From Epithemia pelagica (Eukaryota > Protista > Bacillariophyta): a DNA stretch of 64,000 nucleotides. Under the pieces are notes generated by a model, which was given only the letters and a program-made list of their open reading frames with translations, ran no database searches and had not been told where the DNA came from. Positions 42,487-53,491 of the stretch are shown here, piece by piece (positions within the stretch are counted from its first letter, which is position 1; the number at the start of each line of letters is the position of its first letter). Both the position numbers and the translations under genes were made by a program. The stretch is from NCBI GenBank assembly GCA_946965045.2, contig OX337229.1:2852001-2916000 (forward strand), read 5' to 3'.

Positions 42487-44913
42487 ATGAGCTCGTCGTT
42501 TTCGTCTACAACGAACAGAAGAAAAGGCTCCAAAAAGACGGGAAGGAGAGAACTAACTGAACAACAGCGCTTGTCATTGTGTCAAGTGATGGAAGAATCG
42601 GATAGTGAGGAGGATGACGAATTGCTCAGCGGTCCTCTTACAACATTGGTGTTTTCTCAACAATCCGCTAATTCGTCGGTGGGAAATGGACAGACCTCCC
42701 CGTCTTCCACCGCAACGAATCATTCTACAAAGAAATCGGCCCTATCATCTTGCGCCAACTTGTCGCCTAGGCAAGAGGCAATAAAAATGACGAGACATGC
42801 TACGACAACACAAGTAGAGGACATTGTAGATCCCTCTCTGTTGCGTTGGCATAAGATCAAGTCAGGACATTTTCCGTGTTGCATTCGGACGAATAAAGAC
42901 GAAGGGAAAGATATCGTGAAGTTTAATAAACGCGACGACACCTTAATTCGGTATCTTGGCTTTCGAGTACCCAATGCAGGTCGACTCGCAGCTGCTTCAT
43001 TGACATCCTTGCTTCCCTTTGATTACGAGACCCCGGGCTGCAAAACGGACGGCGAGAATGATGATGTAGGGCATCCTCTTGATGAATCAGGATCGGCGAA
43101 AATGAAAACGAGTAGCGAAGTATGTAAAACACAAAAGCATGAAGGCAAAAAGGAGGACACAAAACCTGACAAAGATAGCGAGAACATACTAACGAACCAG
43201 CCTCCCTCGGAAAATAATCAAAATGAAGTTACATTGCCGGCAAAGGATAGAGAAAACATGGATACAATTGATCGAGATGAGGGCGAAAAGGGTGTCGAGT
43301 CCACCAAGGAAAATGCCAAGACTGCAACAGCAAACAAACTCGAAAGAGAAGAATGGTCTCCCGTACTCATGGAACAATACAAGAAATCTTTGCAGCGTCG
43401 GAAGAACATGACCTCCTCCATGGTGTTGGCCGAAGAGCTGGTTTTGCAACGTTTCTTGTCATTCGTGATTGATCGCCCCAGAAAGCAAGAGACAGAAGCA
43501 AAGAGATCCGTCGAAGATGATTTAGCGGAGGAGACAGACCCACTTTCTCTCAACACGGAAGAGAATGATGATGAAATGAAGAAAACGGAAACTTTTTCGG
43601 AGTCAGTTCCTGATTGCACTCATACTAAAGATGAGAACCAAAAAGTAGGAGGAGGCATTGTGACAATATCAAAGTCGGTTCCTGACTCCACTAATACCCA
43701 CGATGAGAAACCAAAATCAGGAGTATGCATTGCGGTCACATCAAAGGACCGAAAGGGAAAAATTAAAATACGTGCCGGCGATGTAATTGAGTATTATTCT
43801 CTGGAAGCTGTAGCCTGTCTTGACAGTATACGACGGGCCAAAGTTATCAAAGTCAATACTCGAAACGAAATCGCGTTGGAGCTTAGCGACATGTCTTTGT
43901 TGGAACGGGACACTCAGATTCGACTGGTTGAACGCGTGCTTCGGGGACAGTCGATACCAACCGGATTTACCCAATTCGTTTCTCTGTCAACTTATGCCCT
44001 TGATACAAGCCACAATGGCAAAGCAGCCAAACAACAAACGCTAGCAAGCGTTCTTGGAGAACGATACAAAGAAGCCGCCAAAGACTTGGAAACTGAACAA
44101 GAAGCTTTTTGGAAGAAAACTGATTTCAAAAACAGCACTTCTAAGAATGAAGAAAATCAGTGCAATGGTACTGTCAGACCTGATGCAATGGATTGTGTTC
44201 AGCCCAGATTTGAGGTTGAGCCAGAGACTGAGGGCGGTTCAAATCCGAAGACAGCACCTAAATCGAAAGACGAGAAAGATAGCACTCTAAAGAAAGGATA
44301 TGGTTCTGGGAAACGCAAGCGCTATTCCCTCATGGACAACACTAAAACAGCAAACAAAGCTTCGTACAATGTGACATCCAGAACGGGGAAACTGAGACAC
44401 TCTTTACCACATACTCTTTCCGGGAAAACAACTTTGTCGAGTGCTCCGAAAACGAGAAAGAGGCCACGGACAACGTTGGAGGCGAGCGCTTTGCTCAAAG
44501 AACCTGTTGTAGTTCATCATCCTAGAATACCACGGAAGAAGTATCTTGAACAAGAGCTTGAAAAGTTGAACAAAAAGAAACGACGAGTGGATGCAGCCAG
44601 TTTCGCCATTCAAAAAGACCACCTCAAATTGGTTATGGAATGCTGGGGCGCTATAATGGAAGTCGCAAGATCACGAGAGGAGTACGTTAGAGATCTGGAT
44701 TCACTCTTGGATGAAATTGCGAATGGATTTGACCGGTCGTTAGAAAGCGTTTGGAACTTTCTAGATGGAAACCAAAATAACATTCTCACCATTGAAAAAC
44801 TTGGGAAAATGATAACTGAATGGAATACTTGGCTTTCTGAACACAAAAAAGCCAAGACAGTGGAATCCTCGAAAGATGAGGTTTCTGTGACCAAGATTGA
44901 ATCGGACCGATAG
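42487..44913 (+). CDS. Hypothetical 808-aa charged, low-complexity, probably nuclear protein
   Basis: Long intact ORF with basic NLS-like tracts. Two ordered-looking patches: LRWHKIKSGHFPCCI..IRYLG (loosely PWWP-like) and IRAGDVIEYY. Confidence 0.7.
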   Translation: MSSSFSSTTNRRKGSKKTGRRELTEQQRLSLCQVMEESDSEEDDELLSGPLTTLVFSQQSANSSVGNGQTSPSSTATNHSTKKSALSSCANLSPRQEAIKMTRHATTTQVEDIVDPSLLRWHKIKSGHFPCCIRTNKDEGKDIVKFNKRDDTLIRYLGFRVPNAGRLAAASLTSLLPFDYETPGCKTDGENDDVGHPLDESGSAKMKTSSEVCKTQKHEGKKEDTKPDKDSENILTNQPPSENNQNEVTLPAKDRENMDTIDRDEGEKGVESTKENAKTATANKLEREEWSPVLMEQYKKSLQRRKNMTSSMVLAEELVLQRFLSFVIDRPRKQETEAKRSVEDDLAEETDPLSLNTEENDDEMKKTETFSESVPDCTHTKDENQKVGGGIVTISKSVPDSTNTHDEKPKSGVCIAVTSKDRKGKIKIRAGDVIEYYSLEAVACLDSIRRAKVIKVNTRNEIALELSDMSLLERDTQIRLVERVLRGQSIPTGFTQFVSLSTYALDTSHNGKAAKQQTLASVLGERYKEAAKDLETEQEAFWKKTDFKNSTSKNEENQCNGTVRPDAMDCVQPRFEVEPETEGGSNPKTAPKSKDEKDSTLKKGYGSGKRKRYSLMDNTKTANKASYNVTSRTGKLRHSLPHTLSGKTTLSSAPKTRKRPRTTLEASALLKEPVVVHHPRIPRKKYLEQELEKLNKKKRRVDAASFAIQKDHLKLVMECWGAIMEVARSREEYVRDLDSLLDEIANGFDRSLESVWNFLDGNQNNILTIEKLGKMITEWNTWLSEHKKAKTVESSKDEVSVTKIESDR

Positions 44914-45294
44914 TGCGATGAAATCATTCGGAATGATGAACATGTAAAATTTCCAGAAGGCCAAAGTGCAAGTGACATGGACATGAGCTCGTCAGTCTCT
45001 TTTGCTCAGAAGTCTTCCTCCGTATGGGACGGAGTCCAGACGAACGAGTCAAGCTCACGAGGTCATATTCAAACCCAAACTCTTTCGACTAGCACTGACT
45101 TTGATGGAAAAAATCAATATGACAAGCTCCAGTGAAGTATTGCGATCGTTGAACAAGCGTCGGGGACCTTTCTTGTGTACAGGTTCCTCACCGGCTTTTG
45201 TAATTGAACAAATTGCCATTTCTTGGATAGCTGAAATTAACCGACTCTTCTTCATTCTGCCAAGAACGTTTTATCATAGTTTACACATATCTTA

Positions 45295-46950
45295 CTAGCA
45301 TTCTTGTGGATTATTTAACGTTGATACCCGATACAGACTTTCTGTAAGGGCCTGGCTCTGAATCCTCATGGTACGTTCCATTGCTTCATCAACAAAGGCT
45401 GCGAAGCATAGAAACAAGGCAGGATCAACGCCCCTGGACACAGACAAACGGAAGTACAGATCGTCCTCGCTGACTTCCTCATCTCTGCTCAAACAAAGAA
45501 CAGCACATCCTGTATATTCGGTCTCTCTTTCTGTCCTCCCAAGGACTCTGATTTCTGGTGAACCCACAGAAGCATGTTCGGCAATATAGCTTGGAAACTC
45601 TTCAAATCGGCCATCGTTGCCAGTTGCCTGAAAAATCGAGTAGCGCACCTTGTTGGGGTATCTGCCTTGAGTGACAATTTCAGCCCACGCATACAGGGGT
45701 AAGGACTCGGTCCAATCGAGTCCAAGTTTTCGGGTGGTTGATACGGGGCGTTGCTGAACAAACGTTCTTGGTTTAGTTGCATATATTCTTACCACAGGAT
45801 CACCCGATTCTCCTGTTCGAAGAGCCGAAACCGCCAAGGGCACACCAGAACGTCTGTTCATCAGGACTGAGTAGTGCGATGGTGGTCTCATGAATTTCCT
45901 TCGTCCATCCGAATAATGGGAATCTGGTCTATGACGCTCGATTAGACCCAATGAACCAGTTATCCCCAGATCAAGGAAAGATGAATCATCCACCAGTAAC
46001 GTCACAGGTGAGGACGGCGGTCCGGCACCAAAATCAATATCTGCCGATCTTGAAGAGGCCGAATCAGAATCGTTACGCAAGAGATCGGGTATCAGAATAC
46101 ACCTTCTTGACGATCGGCGAGCTGGTGTCAATGCCGAGGATGAAATACCATTAGAAACTGCCCTCACAAACGGGTCGTCCGGTAGAAACCGTGAAAGGTG
46201 TGATTCATAAAATTCAGCACAACGGGGAGTCAGTCTTAGGTGAATGACACCCATGTGCATGGCTGTTCGATTTGTGGATAAGGCAACTTGAGATCTCGAA
46301 GTTTCTATTGGAGGAGGAAGTAATGCACATCCTGGTTGCTGACAGGTGGGTGGCTCATGAATAGATATGGAGGGCAAGCTAAATTTCCTTTCTTTGTCCA
46401 TGTCGAGCCCCTCAATGACTTTCATAAGATCCCGATGAAGCGTGTTGTGCAGATCAAATTCACTTCCGAGAACTCTTGGTGGTGTATAAGAGGGCTCTTT
46501 GGGGTTCTGCCTTCGAGGAGAATACCGGTCGAAGTTCCCCGCTATTCTTGTCGAGGCGGAGCAAGATGTCATATTAGTTGTAGTTGATGGTGCCATAGAC
46601 GACATTGCACCAGTGAAATCCGTCTTCGGATAGATCTCAGATAGGGTGGAAACGGAAGAATCCCTAGAGCGCTTTCCTGCACTTTCGATGTCATACGGCT
46701 GAGACAAGGGTGGGGGTTCGTCTTCCAGCTCCCTGCGAATAAGTTCTTCTGCTTGACGGGCCAAAGCCTCGGTCACTAGCTTTGGATCAAGCAGACACTT
46801 TCCTGGTCTATCGTGGAGGTGCGTCTTGAGAAATTCGCCCTGGAGGTCCGAAACTTCGAACTCAAAGGATTGCGCCGAAGGACCACGGTAGGACGACACG
46901 TTCTCATCACTACTGTTCCCTTCCACAGCCAAACACTGAGTATTCCCCAT
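45295..46950 (-). CDS. Hypothetical protein with an N-myristoylation-like start and a possible tubby/LURP-one-like C-terminal domain
   Basis: In-frame ATG 46950 gives MGNTQC. The C-terminus FRLSVSRGVDPALFLCFAAFVDE resembles the last strand and helix of LURP-one/scramblase folds. Confidence 0.6.
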   Translation of the reverse strand: MGNTQCLAVEGNSSDENVSSYRGPSAQSFEFEVSDLQGEFLKTHLHDRPGKCLLDPKLVTEALARQAEELIRRELEDEPPPLSQPYDIESAGKRSRDSSVSTLSEIYPKTDFTGAMSSMAPSTTTNMTSCSASTRIAGNFDRYSPRRQNPKEPSYTPPRVLGSEFDLHNTLHRDLMKVIEGLDMDKERKFSLPSISIHEPPTCQQPGCALLPPPIETSRSQVALSTNRTAMHMGVIHLRLTPRCAEFYESHLSRFLPDDPFVRAVSNGISSSALTPARRSSRRCILIPDLLRNDSDSASSRSADIDFGAGPPSSPVTLLVDDSSFLDLGITGSLGLIERHRPDSHYSDGRRKFMRPPSHYSVLMNRRSGVPLAVSALRTGESGDPVVRIYATKPRTFVQQRPVSTTRKLGLDWTESLPLYAWAEIVTQGRYPNKVRYSIFQATGNDGRFEEFPSYIAEHASVGSPEIRVLGRTERETEYTGCAVLCLSRDEEVSEDDLYFRLSVSRGVDPALFLCFAAFVDEAMERTMRIQSQALTESLYRVSTLNNPQEC

Positions 46951-47829
46951 GGTTAGTGCCCAAACCGTTCCTCCTCGCCTCAAAAGGCTCTCTCCCTTCT
47001 TTGCAAACCACCGCCAACAACGAACTAAAGTTCAAATCCCAACAATTTGTGTCCTGCCTTGCTTTACTTCTTGAAGAATCAGGTCGTACATGGTACACAT
47101 CTCCGCAAAAAACCAAAAGTCTGCTGTTGTTGCCGTTCGAACGGACCCATGCTCTTTATGTGCCGTCCACCACGCGCGCTTACATATAATGAATGTTAGG
47201 GGCAATATAAAGTCATGAGGCTGAGATAGTTTAAGACATATGCTGCTTCTCAATCTCAAGCTTGGTCTTGCGTGAATTCTCACCTCTCACGCTAAAGAGT
47301 GGATCTGGCCCGAACCTCGAACCTTTACACGACACGCATCCTGCTCATCAATCCACACGACTGAGAAAAATGTTTAAGGATCTCAAATATTACGTTTGCT
47401 AAGTAACCCAATCAGTTGGATCCCTTACAGACAATATTTAACAGTAGAACCACCGCGAACAGAAGATGGCCATGATCAAGACTAAGCATTCGTCCTCTGA
47501 TTTTTCAAATTTGAAAATACAGGGCATAAGTTTTATTTATGACCCCGTGACCCAAGAAAAGAAATGCTTTGGTCGTGTAATGGACGCAGAAGAGACGCGT
47601 CAAACGCATCAACGACTGCCAAGCGTTCCGCTTCGACATTTCTCTCGAAGTCGAATGAGCTCTTTCCTGTTCCGAGCCCTGTGGGTATTGGCCATGCGTT
47701 GATCAGTGATCTTCATCGATCGTCGCATCGATTCTTGCAACGGTGCGATGTATCTTTGATCTCATCACAACTCCTTATCACATAAAAAGTTGAGTAAAAT
47801 AACAATTCTCAGAGGCACTTGGAAAAGCC

Positions 47830-48540
47830 ATGGTGAAGAAACTTGTGTTGACGTATTTCAACATCGGAGCTCGAGCAGAACCTATCCGCCTTGCTTGTGC
47901 AATTGGAAAGGTTCCCTTTACCAACAAGGTGGTAGCGTTCAAAGATTGGTCGACTGTGAGATCTAAGTACCCTCTTGGACAGCTTCCGTTACTCGAGGTG
48001 CAGGAAGATGGCAAAGAAGTAGTTTCTGTTGGGCAATCCAACGCCATTTTACGCTATGTCGGCAAGTTAGGAAATCTCTATCCCACCGCGGACCCAGTCA
48101 AGGCCATGAAGATTGATGCCTTTATTGATGCCGTTGTTGATTCTGGAAAAGGCATCGATCTTTCTTTACAAGGCCCACGTGGTTCGCTCATGTTAACGAA
48201 AGACTGGACAGGGGAAGAGAAGCTTGCGATGCGAAACCGACTGAGCACGGATGAGAACAAAGGACTTCCCTTCTACTTGAACTACTTTGAAAATGCCTTG
48301 AAGGAAAATGGGTCCGGGTGGCTTGTGGGCAGTTCAATCACTATTGCTGACCTTGCTATGCACAGAGTTGTTGCCTGGATTATCAGTGGCATTTTGGATG
48401 GAATTTCCAAGGACTTGGTGGATGGTTATCCTCAAGTGAAGAAGCATTACGAAGCAATTGAGGCATTGCCAGAAGTTGTGGCTTTTCGCAAGAACCATCC
48501 TTTGCCCTTTAAGGAGGAAGAATTTGACTATGTCCCGTAA
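47830..48540 (+). CDS. Glutathione S-transferase (sigma-like)
   Basis: LTYFNIGARAEPIRL, PLGQLPLLEV, GQSNAILRYVGK and LVGSSITIADL. Confidence 0.93.
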   Translation: MVKKLVLTYFNIGARAEPIRLACAIGKVPFTNKVVAFKDWSTVRSKYPLGQLPLLEVQEDGKEVVSVGQSNAILRYVGKLGNLYPTADPVKAMKIDAFIDAVVDSGKGIDLSLQGPRGSLMLTKDWTGEEKLAMRNRLSTDENKGLPFYLNYFENALKENGSGWLVGSSITIADLAMHRVVAWIISGILDGISKDLVDGYPQVKKHYEAIEALPEVVAFRKNHPLPFKEEEFDYVP

Positions 48541-48784
48541 AACCACACTTTAAACAACATAGCATGTCATTCACTTACCTAAACCTTAGCAAGGTTGTAG
48601 AACCATTCTTAACTCGCATACAACCCAAGGTGTACCATGAAAGGTATGAATACATCTTTCCAATAATATCTCATAGGTTGGGTCACGTTAAACCTTCTTA
48701 ACGGAAAAAGGGCAACCATCCCAAACTTCTATAAATTTCCGGTGCCCTGTGCTCAGTACGGACGACATCCAATGAGTTTGTCTC

Positions 48785-49795
48785 TCAGAAAAGATAGTCA
48801 GCAACAAGAAGGCGATCACGGCCATTTTGACCACGCACGAGCAACTGCCCGTCGTATTGAATCCCAACAGAAACAACTTCCTCTCCTTGATAGGCACCCT
48901 CATTCTCTTCCTCCACATTTCCTCGAAGCTCGTATGTCTTTCCAAACTCGGCAAATGACTTCCATTTCTCCACGACTTCTCTCTCACGTTGTGTTTTCGA
49001 TAAACTGACGTTTGTGATCCACTCCACCAATCTCTGTGCCAAATTGACGCCAAAGTCGTATGCACCCGTCTTCGATTGGTCCTTGCCAGTGACTGATTTC
49101 CCATCCTCCATTTTCGTTGTTGGGCAGTGCTCCTGAATACAGGTAGCCGCTCGAGCGCTCTTCCCTGGAGAGTCTTCCAAACCTGGGGCGAATGCAATAT
49201 TGGTTCCAATACCAACCATAAGCCAAGTGGTGGCCCCGACAGTTTCGCTTTCAATTAAAATACCGGCCAGCTTTCGTTCGTTGATTAAGACATCGTTGGG
49301 CCATTTGACTCGAACTCTAGCTTCGTCTAAACCTTCCGGCAAGGTTCCCTCACGGCAGTTTGATAAAGCTCGTTCGGTTTCTTCGGCTACCAAAACAGCT
49401 ACCTGGAGAGGAAGAAGCGTTGGCATTACTGGAATCATTTCAAGCGGAATGCAAATGGTCGCAAACAAATTTCCGGTCTTATATCCACCTTCCCACGTCC
49501 TTCCCTTGGTGCCTCGACCGCTCGTTTGCTGGTCTGCGATGGCAACCAGAAAGGGCACGTTGGGACTTGGTTTGTTCTCCAGCAAGAGATGACGAGCTTC
49601 GTCTTGGGTTGATTCAACCGGGTCTCGGAAGTGATGAATTATCAGGTTTTCAGACGAAACATTATCCACACGACAAGTTCCCGGACTTTCGGACCCAGCG
49701 TTTGACATGAGACCTCGAGCGAAATTTCTTATGGTCGATGATCTTCCGGAAGTTAGAACAGCTACGACAGCGATCCTGCGCCAGTAAAGTCCCAT
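48785..49795 (-). CDS. Biotin-protein ligase (BirA/BPL family)
   Basis: VESTQDEA, ADQQTSGRGTKGRTW and VKWPNDVLINERKLAGILIE. Confidence 0.92.
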   Translation of the reverse strand: MGLYWRRIAVVAVLTSGRSSTIRNFARGLMSNAGSESPGTCRVDNVSSENLIIHHFRDPVESTQDEARHLLLENKPSPNVPFLVAIADQQTSGRGTKGRTWEGGYKTGNLFATICIPLEMIPVMPTLLPLQVAVLVAEETERALSNCREGTLPEGLDEARVRVKWPNDVLINERKLAGILIESETVGATTWLMVGIGTNIAFAPGLEDSPGKSARAATCIQEHCPTTKMEDGKSVTGKDQSKTGAYDFGVNLAQRLVEWITNVSLSKTQREREVVEKWKSFAEFGKTYELRGNVEEENEGAYQGEEVVSVGIQYDGQLLVRGQNGRDRLLVADYLF

Positions 49796-50437
49796 CGGCG
49801 AACTTTCCCTAGGACAGATGACCGGTTGAAAGATTCTTAGAGCGAAAGCTTCGACCCTCCCGTCGCCATCATCTGATCATTGTCGAAAAAGAGAAATTCC
49901 CCCAATTGAAATTGAGAGCCCCTTGAACTTTGAATTCGTGGGGGAGATCTGAGGGGGATGCCCCGAATCTTTTTCAGTCGCATATGTTGCACCCAACTTC
50001 CCCCGGGAATCTGAAATGACTTGGCAGTATGCGATTGACTCACAGGCGACACTCGCACAAAACGCAACTATCGTCATTCGTCAGTTACACTTTAGCGGCA
50101 GATCTTTTTCAAACTTCGACATTCGAAGTAGTCTTTCAATTATTGGGGGAAGTGCGCAAAAATGATGAGCGCTAGAGCGTTTTTGTTTGGAGTGACTGCC
50201 ATCCAAACTTGCGTACGTGTTGAGAAATTCTTGCCGTTGCCTGTCCCAGACCACAGCCATTGAGGTATCTACATTCACCTATCTTTCCAAAGCATTCCAA
50301 TTTCCAATCGGCGCATACCAGCACAACATCGCTTTCTCCGGCATTGCGTCATTTTCAGATCTGGAAACCAGACCCTGACCATCTGTCATCATAACTTGCA
50401 AACAAGTCCATTGGCAAATAGTTTGATTCAGTCAACC

Positions 50438-51658
50438 ATGTCATCCTTTCACGACGAAAAGCTCCCTGTTGTCGACGTCTCTTCCGACTCGTCCACGGTT
50501 GCCGATGCTTCCGAAACAGAGAGTGAAACTTGTGCCACTTGGGAATGCATTACTCCACTTCAGCCTAACACAGATTACAAAAAGGTTTTGGTCACAGGAG
50601 GTGCCGGGTTCATCGGAAGTCATGTCGCGGCCTTTCTACTCGAACGTGGTGACGATGTCGTCATTGTCGACGAAATGAATGACTATTACGACGTTAAGAT
50701 CAAGTTGCAAAATTTGCAGATCCTCAGAGAACAATACGGACATGAACGACTGAAGATTTACAAGGGTGATATTTGCGATGTGGAACTTGTTACTTCGATT
50801 TTCGAAACCGAAAAGCCCGAATGGGTTTGTCACATGGCTGCCCGAGCTGGCGTACGACCGTCCATCCAAGATCCCTATGTCTACATTCACTCGAACATTG
50901 AAGGCACAACTCGCCTCATGGAGTTGTCCGCCAAGTACGGAGTCAAGAACTTTGTGTTTGCGAGTTCGTCGTCCGTATATGGTGGATCCAAGTCAACGCT
51001 GTTTTCCGAGGAAGAGGTCGTCGACAATCCAGTTTCTCCTTATGCTGCGTCCAAGAAAGCGTGTGAACTCCTCGCCTACACCTATCATCACCTTTACAAG
51101 TTAAATGTCACAGGTCTTCGTTTCTTCACTGTGTATGGCCCTCGAGGACGACCCGATATGGCGCCGTTCAAGTTCATTGACCGAGTTAGCCGAGGACAGG
51201 TAATCGAACAGTTTGGAGATGGTTCAAGTAGTCGCGATTACACATACATTGACGATATTGTCAATGGAGTGGTACGTGCAATTGATCGACCTTACCCCTA
51301 CCAGATCTTTAACCTTGGTAAGGGAAGTGGTACCTCTCTTCGAGAATTCATCAGCCTTGTGCAGAAGTACGTCGAAAAGAAAGCCCACATCAAGATTCTC
51401 CCTGACCAACCTGGTGATGTCCCTTACACATGTGCCGACGTTGGCAAGGCTGCGCACTTGCTTGGCTACAAGAGCTCCATTTCTTTCGAAGAGGGAATCA
51501 AGAGAACCGCTGAATGGTACAAGCAAGCCTATGATCGCGAAGACGAAATCCCTGAGGCAACAGCTTTTGTGGATTCGGACGGATACTTTGTGGTTGGCGA
51601 GATTTCCAAGCAGCCTACCAGGTTAGCGTGGGAAGATTCATCAGGATATGGAAGTTAG
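50438..51658 (+). CDS. UDP-glucuronate 4-epimerase (NAD-dependent epimerase, GAE/CapI type)
   Basis: LVTGGAGFIGSH, HMAARAGVRPS, ASSSSVYG, SPYAASKKACE, LRFFTVYGPRGRPDMA and DQPGDVPYTCAD. First ATG at 50438. Confidence 0.93.
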   Translation: MSSFHDEKLPVVDVSSDSSTVADASETESETCATWECITPLQPNTDYKKVLVTGGAGFIGSHVAAFLLERGDDVVIVDEMNDYYDVKIKLQNLQILREQYGHERLKIYKGDICDVELVTSIFETEKPEWVCHMAARAGVRPSIQDPYVYIHSNIEGTTRLMELSAKYGVKNFVFASSSSVYGGSKSTLFSEEEVVDNPVSPYAASKKACELLAYTYHHLYKLNVTGLRFFTVYGPRGRPDMAPFKFIDRVSRGQVIEQFGDGSSSRDYTYIDDIVNGVVRAIDRPYPYQIFNLGKGSGTSLREFISLVQKYVEKKAHIKILPDQPGDVPYTCADVGKAAHLLGYKSSISFEEGIKRTAEWYKQAYDREDEIPEATAFVDSDGYFVVGEISKQPTRLAWEDSSGYGS

Positions 51659-52200
51659 GATGGAACTTAGTCGAAATTCGATATTGCACATAGGCACCTT
51701 CATTCATGATCATATATTTCTGTGAATCCTTCCAACATTCACAGACAACTTGTCCGATTCAGTCGACCACGCAGACCAGACGCTATCAAGGGATTATGAT
51801 TATGGGGTCCGGAGTCTGGAAACGAAATCTCACGAGCCCTGTAACCCACTTAACATGGTTATGGTTTCACGGACATTCTGAAGTCTTCTCCTTGTCCAGG
51901 TTAGCCGATGGAAGATATGTCATTTGAAAGAAGGCGAAACAATCCTGGTCAGGCGTATACTTAATGAACAGTTTCACATGTCGAACTCCCCTGGATGCCT
52001 TGACTTTCTCTCTTCTGACCAGACGTTGCTACACGATCTGGTACATCTTTTGACTAGCTGGGGACAGAGCTTGAGGAGTCGTGCTTTCTCTTGAATCCTG
52101 GACGTATATGCAGCTCAGTGGTTATCATTGGAAGAAAACCAAACGTTTCACGCGCCAAACCACAGGTTTAATAAACAGGTTTGATTCATATTATCATACA

Positions 52201-53323
52201 CTAATCTGTACCCTTTGCTTTAGTGCTCGAAGATGCCCCAGTGCCGGCTTCGACCGCAGATTCTTCCTTGAGTTTCACAGGGATTTGGCGCCCCCTGGAT
52301 GCCCCAAACGACGGTTGACTGGATTTGGATTCATATGTCGTCTTGGAACCAGTACCGCCACCAGCAGATGGCGGAGCTGGGTACTTTATTGACGTCCGCA
52401 GAGCCGTTACAGCCCCACTTACAACATCAAAGGTACGGGCCGTTAATTGATGTTCGGGTGCTGGGAGGAGAATGCCCGAGTAACAGTTTGCAGGAATTGG
52501 CGGCAGAGGTCGGCGATTCAATTTGTCTGCCAGTGCATTCAGCATTGGTAATTGGGCGTGTACTGTAACTGGATTGTCTTGCCTGAATTCTGATGCCAGC
52601 ATGAGATCAGAGGGGGTGACTTCTGGCCGATTCACCATGTCCGCGTAGTCTGTGGCATCGCGAAGGAGGTCTGTGGTGAAACGGCGTGAATATTCCAGCA
52701 GGCATGCCATAGCCTGAGGAGTTACGTCCGATCTTGTCATTCCATTGTGTGCCAAGGAACGTTCTAGGATACGGACCTGCTCTTCCATCGAGGGAACAAT
52801 GCTAGAAGATGTGGTTGTAGATTTCTTACTCGATGCCGTCCCAAACTTCGATGCCATTTCACTTTCATGCTCGGATTGTAAAACAGCAGGGACAACATCT
52901 TCGATGCGATACCAAAGTGGATCAGCTTTGCGTGCTGCAGCATTTGCTCTCTGTTGGGCCAAATCAGAGGCTGCAGCTCTTGCATCCTGAAGGATAGCTT
53001 GATTTGAGGCACTACTACTGACTTTCGGTGCCGGTTTCTTCTTACGGACAGTCTTTTTAACCTTTGCTTGTGTCCCCGCACCTGCTGCTTTTGTCACGGT
53101 TTTCTTTTTAGTTGTCTTAGTCGTTGTACTCTGTTTGTCCCCGACATACAAAAGATGGTAAGTGCTTAATGTGCAACAACAAAGGATCGTTTCCTGAACA
53201 TGCATAACAGAGCTATTTCGGTGTGTGATGCGCACAACGCACCTTCTTAGTCGCAGCCTTTGTTGCCGGTGCTGCTCCGGAAGCACTAGCTGCCAGATCG
53301 GTAGGCTTTGGAGCACTCGACAT
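52201..53323 (-). CDS. TAF9: TFIID subunit 9 (histone fold); intron 53131-53242
   Basis: QVRILERSL..PQAMACLLEYSRRFTTDLLRDATDYAD..EVTPSDLMLA..KLNRRPLP..GILLP matches the TAF9 core. Exon 1 MSSAPKPT...ATKK splices in phase 0. Confidence 0.8.
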
Positions 53324-53491
53324 CGTTGTTGCTGCGATAGGTAAGGACCTTATCGACGGGGTGATTTATTAGTCTCCGCCATTGCCCTGCCTGTGAGTCA
53401 TGGAACGAATGAAATGTAGATTGACCTACGTCGGACGGACGTCGGAGGTCGCCCATTGTCATCTCCAGAAATCCGAAGTGCTGTTGTGAAA

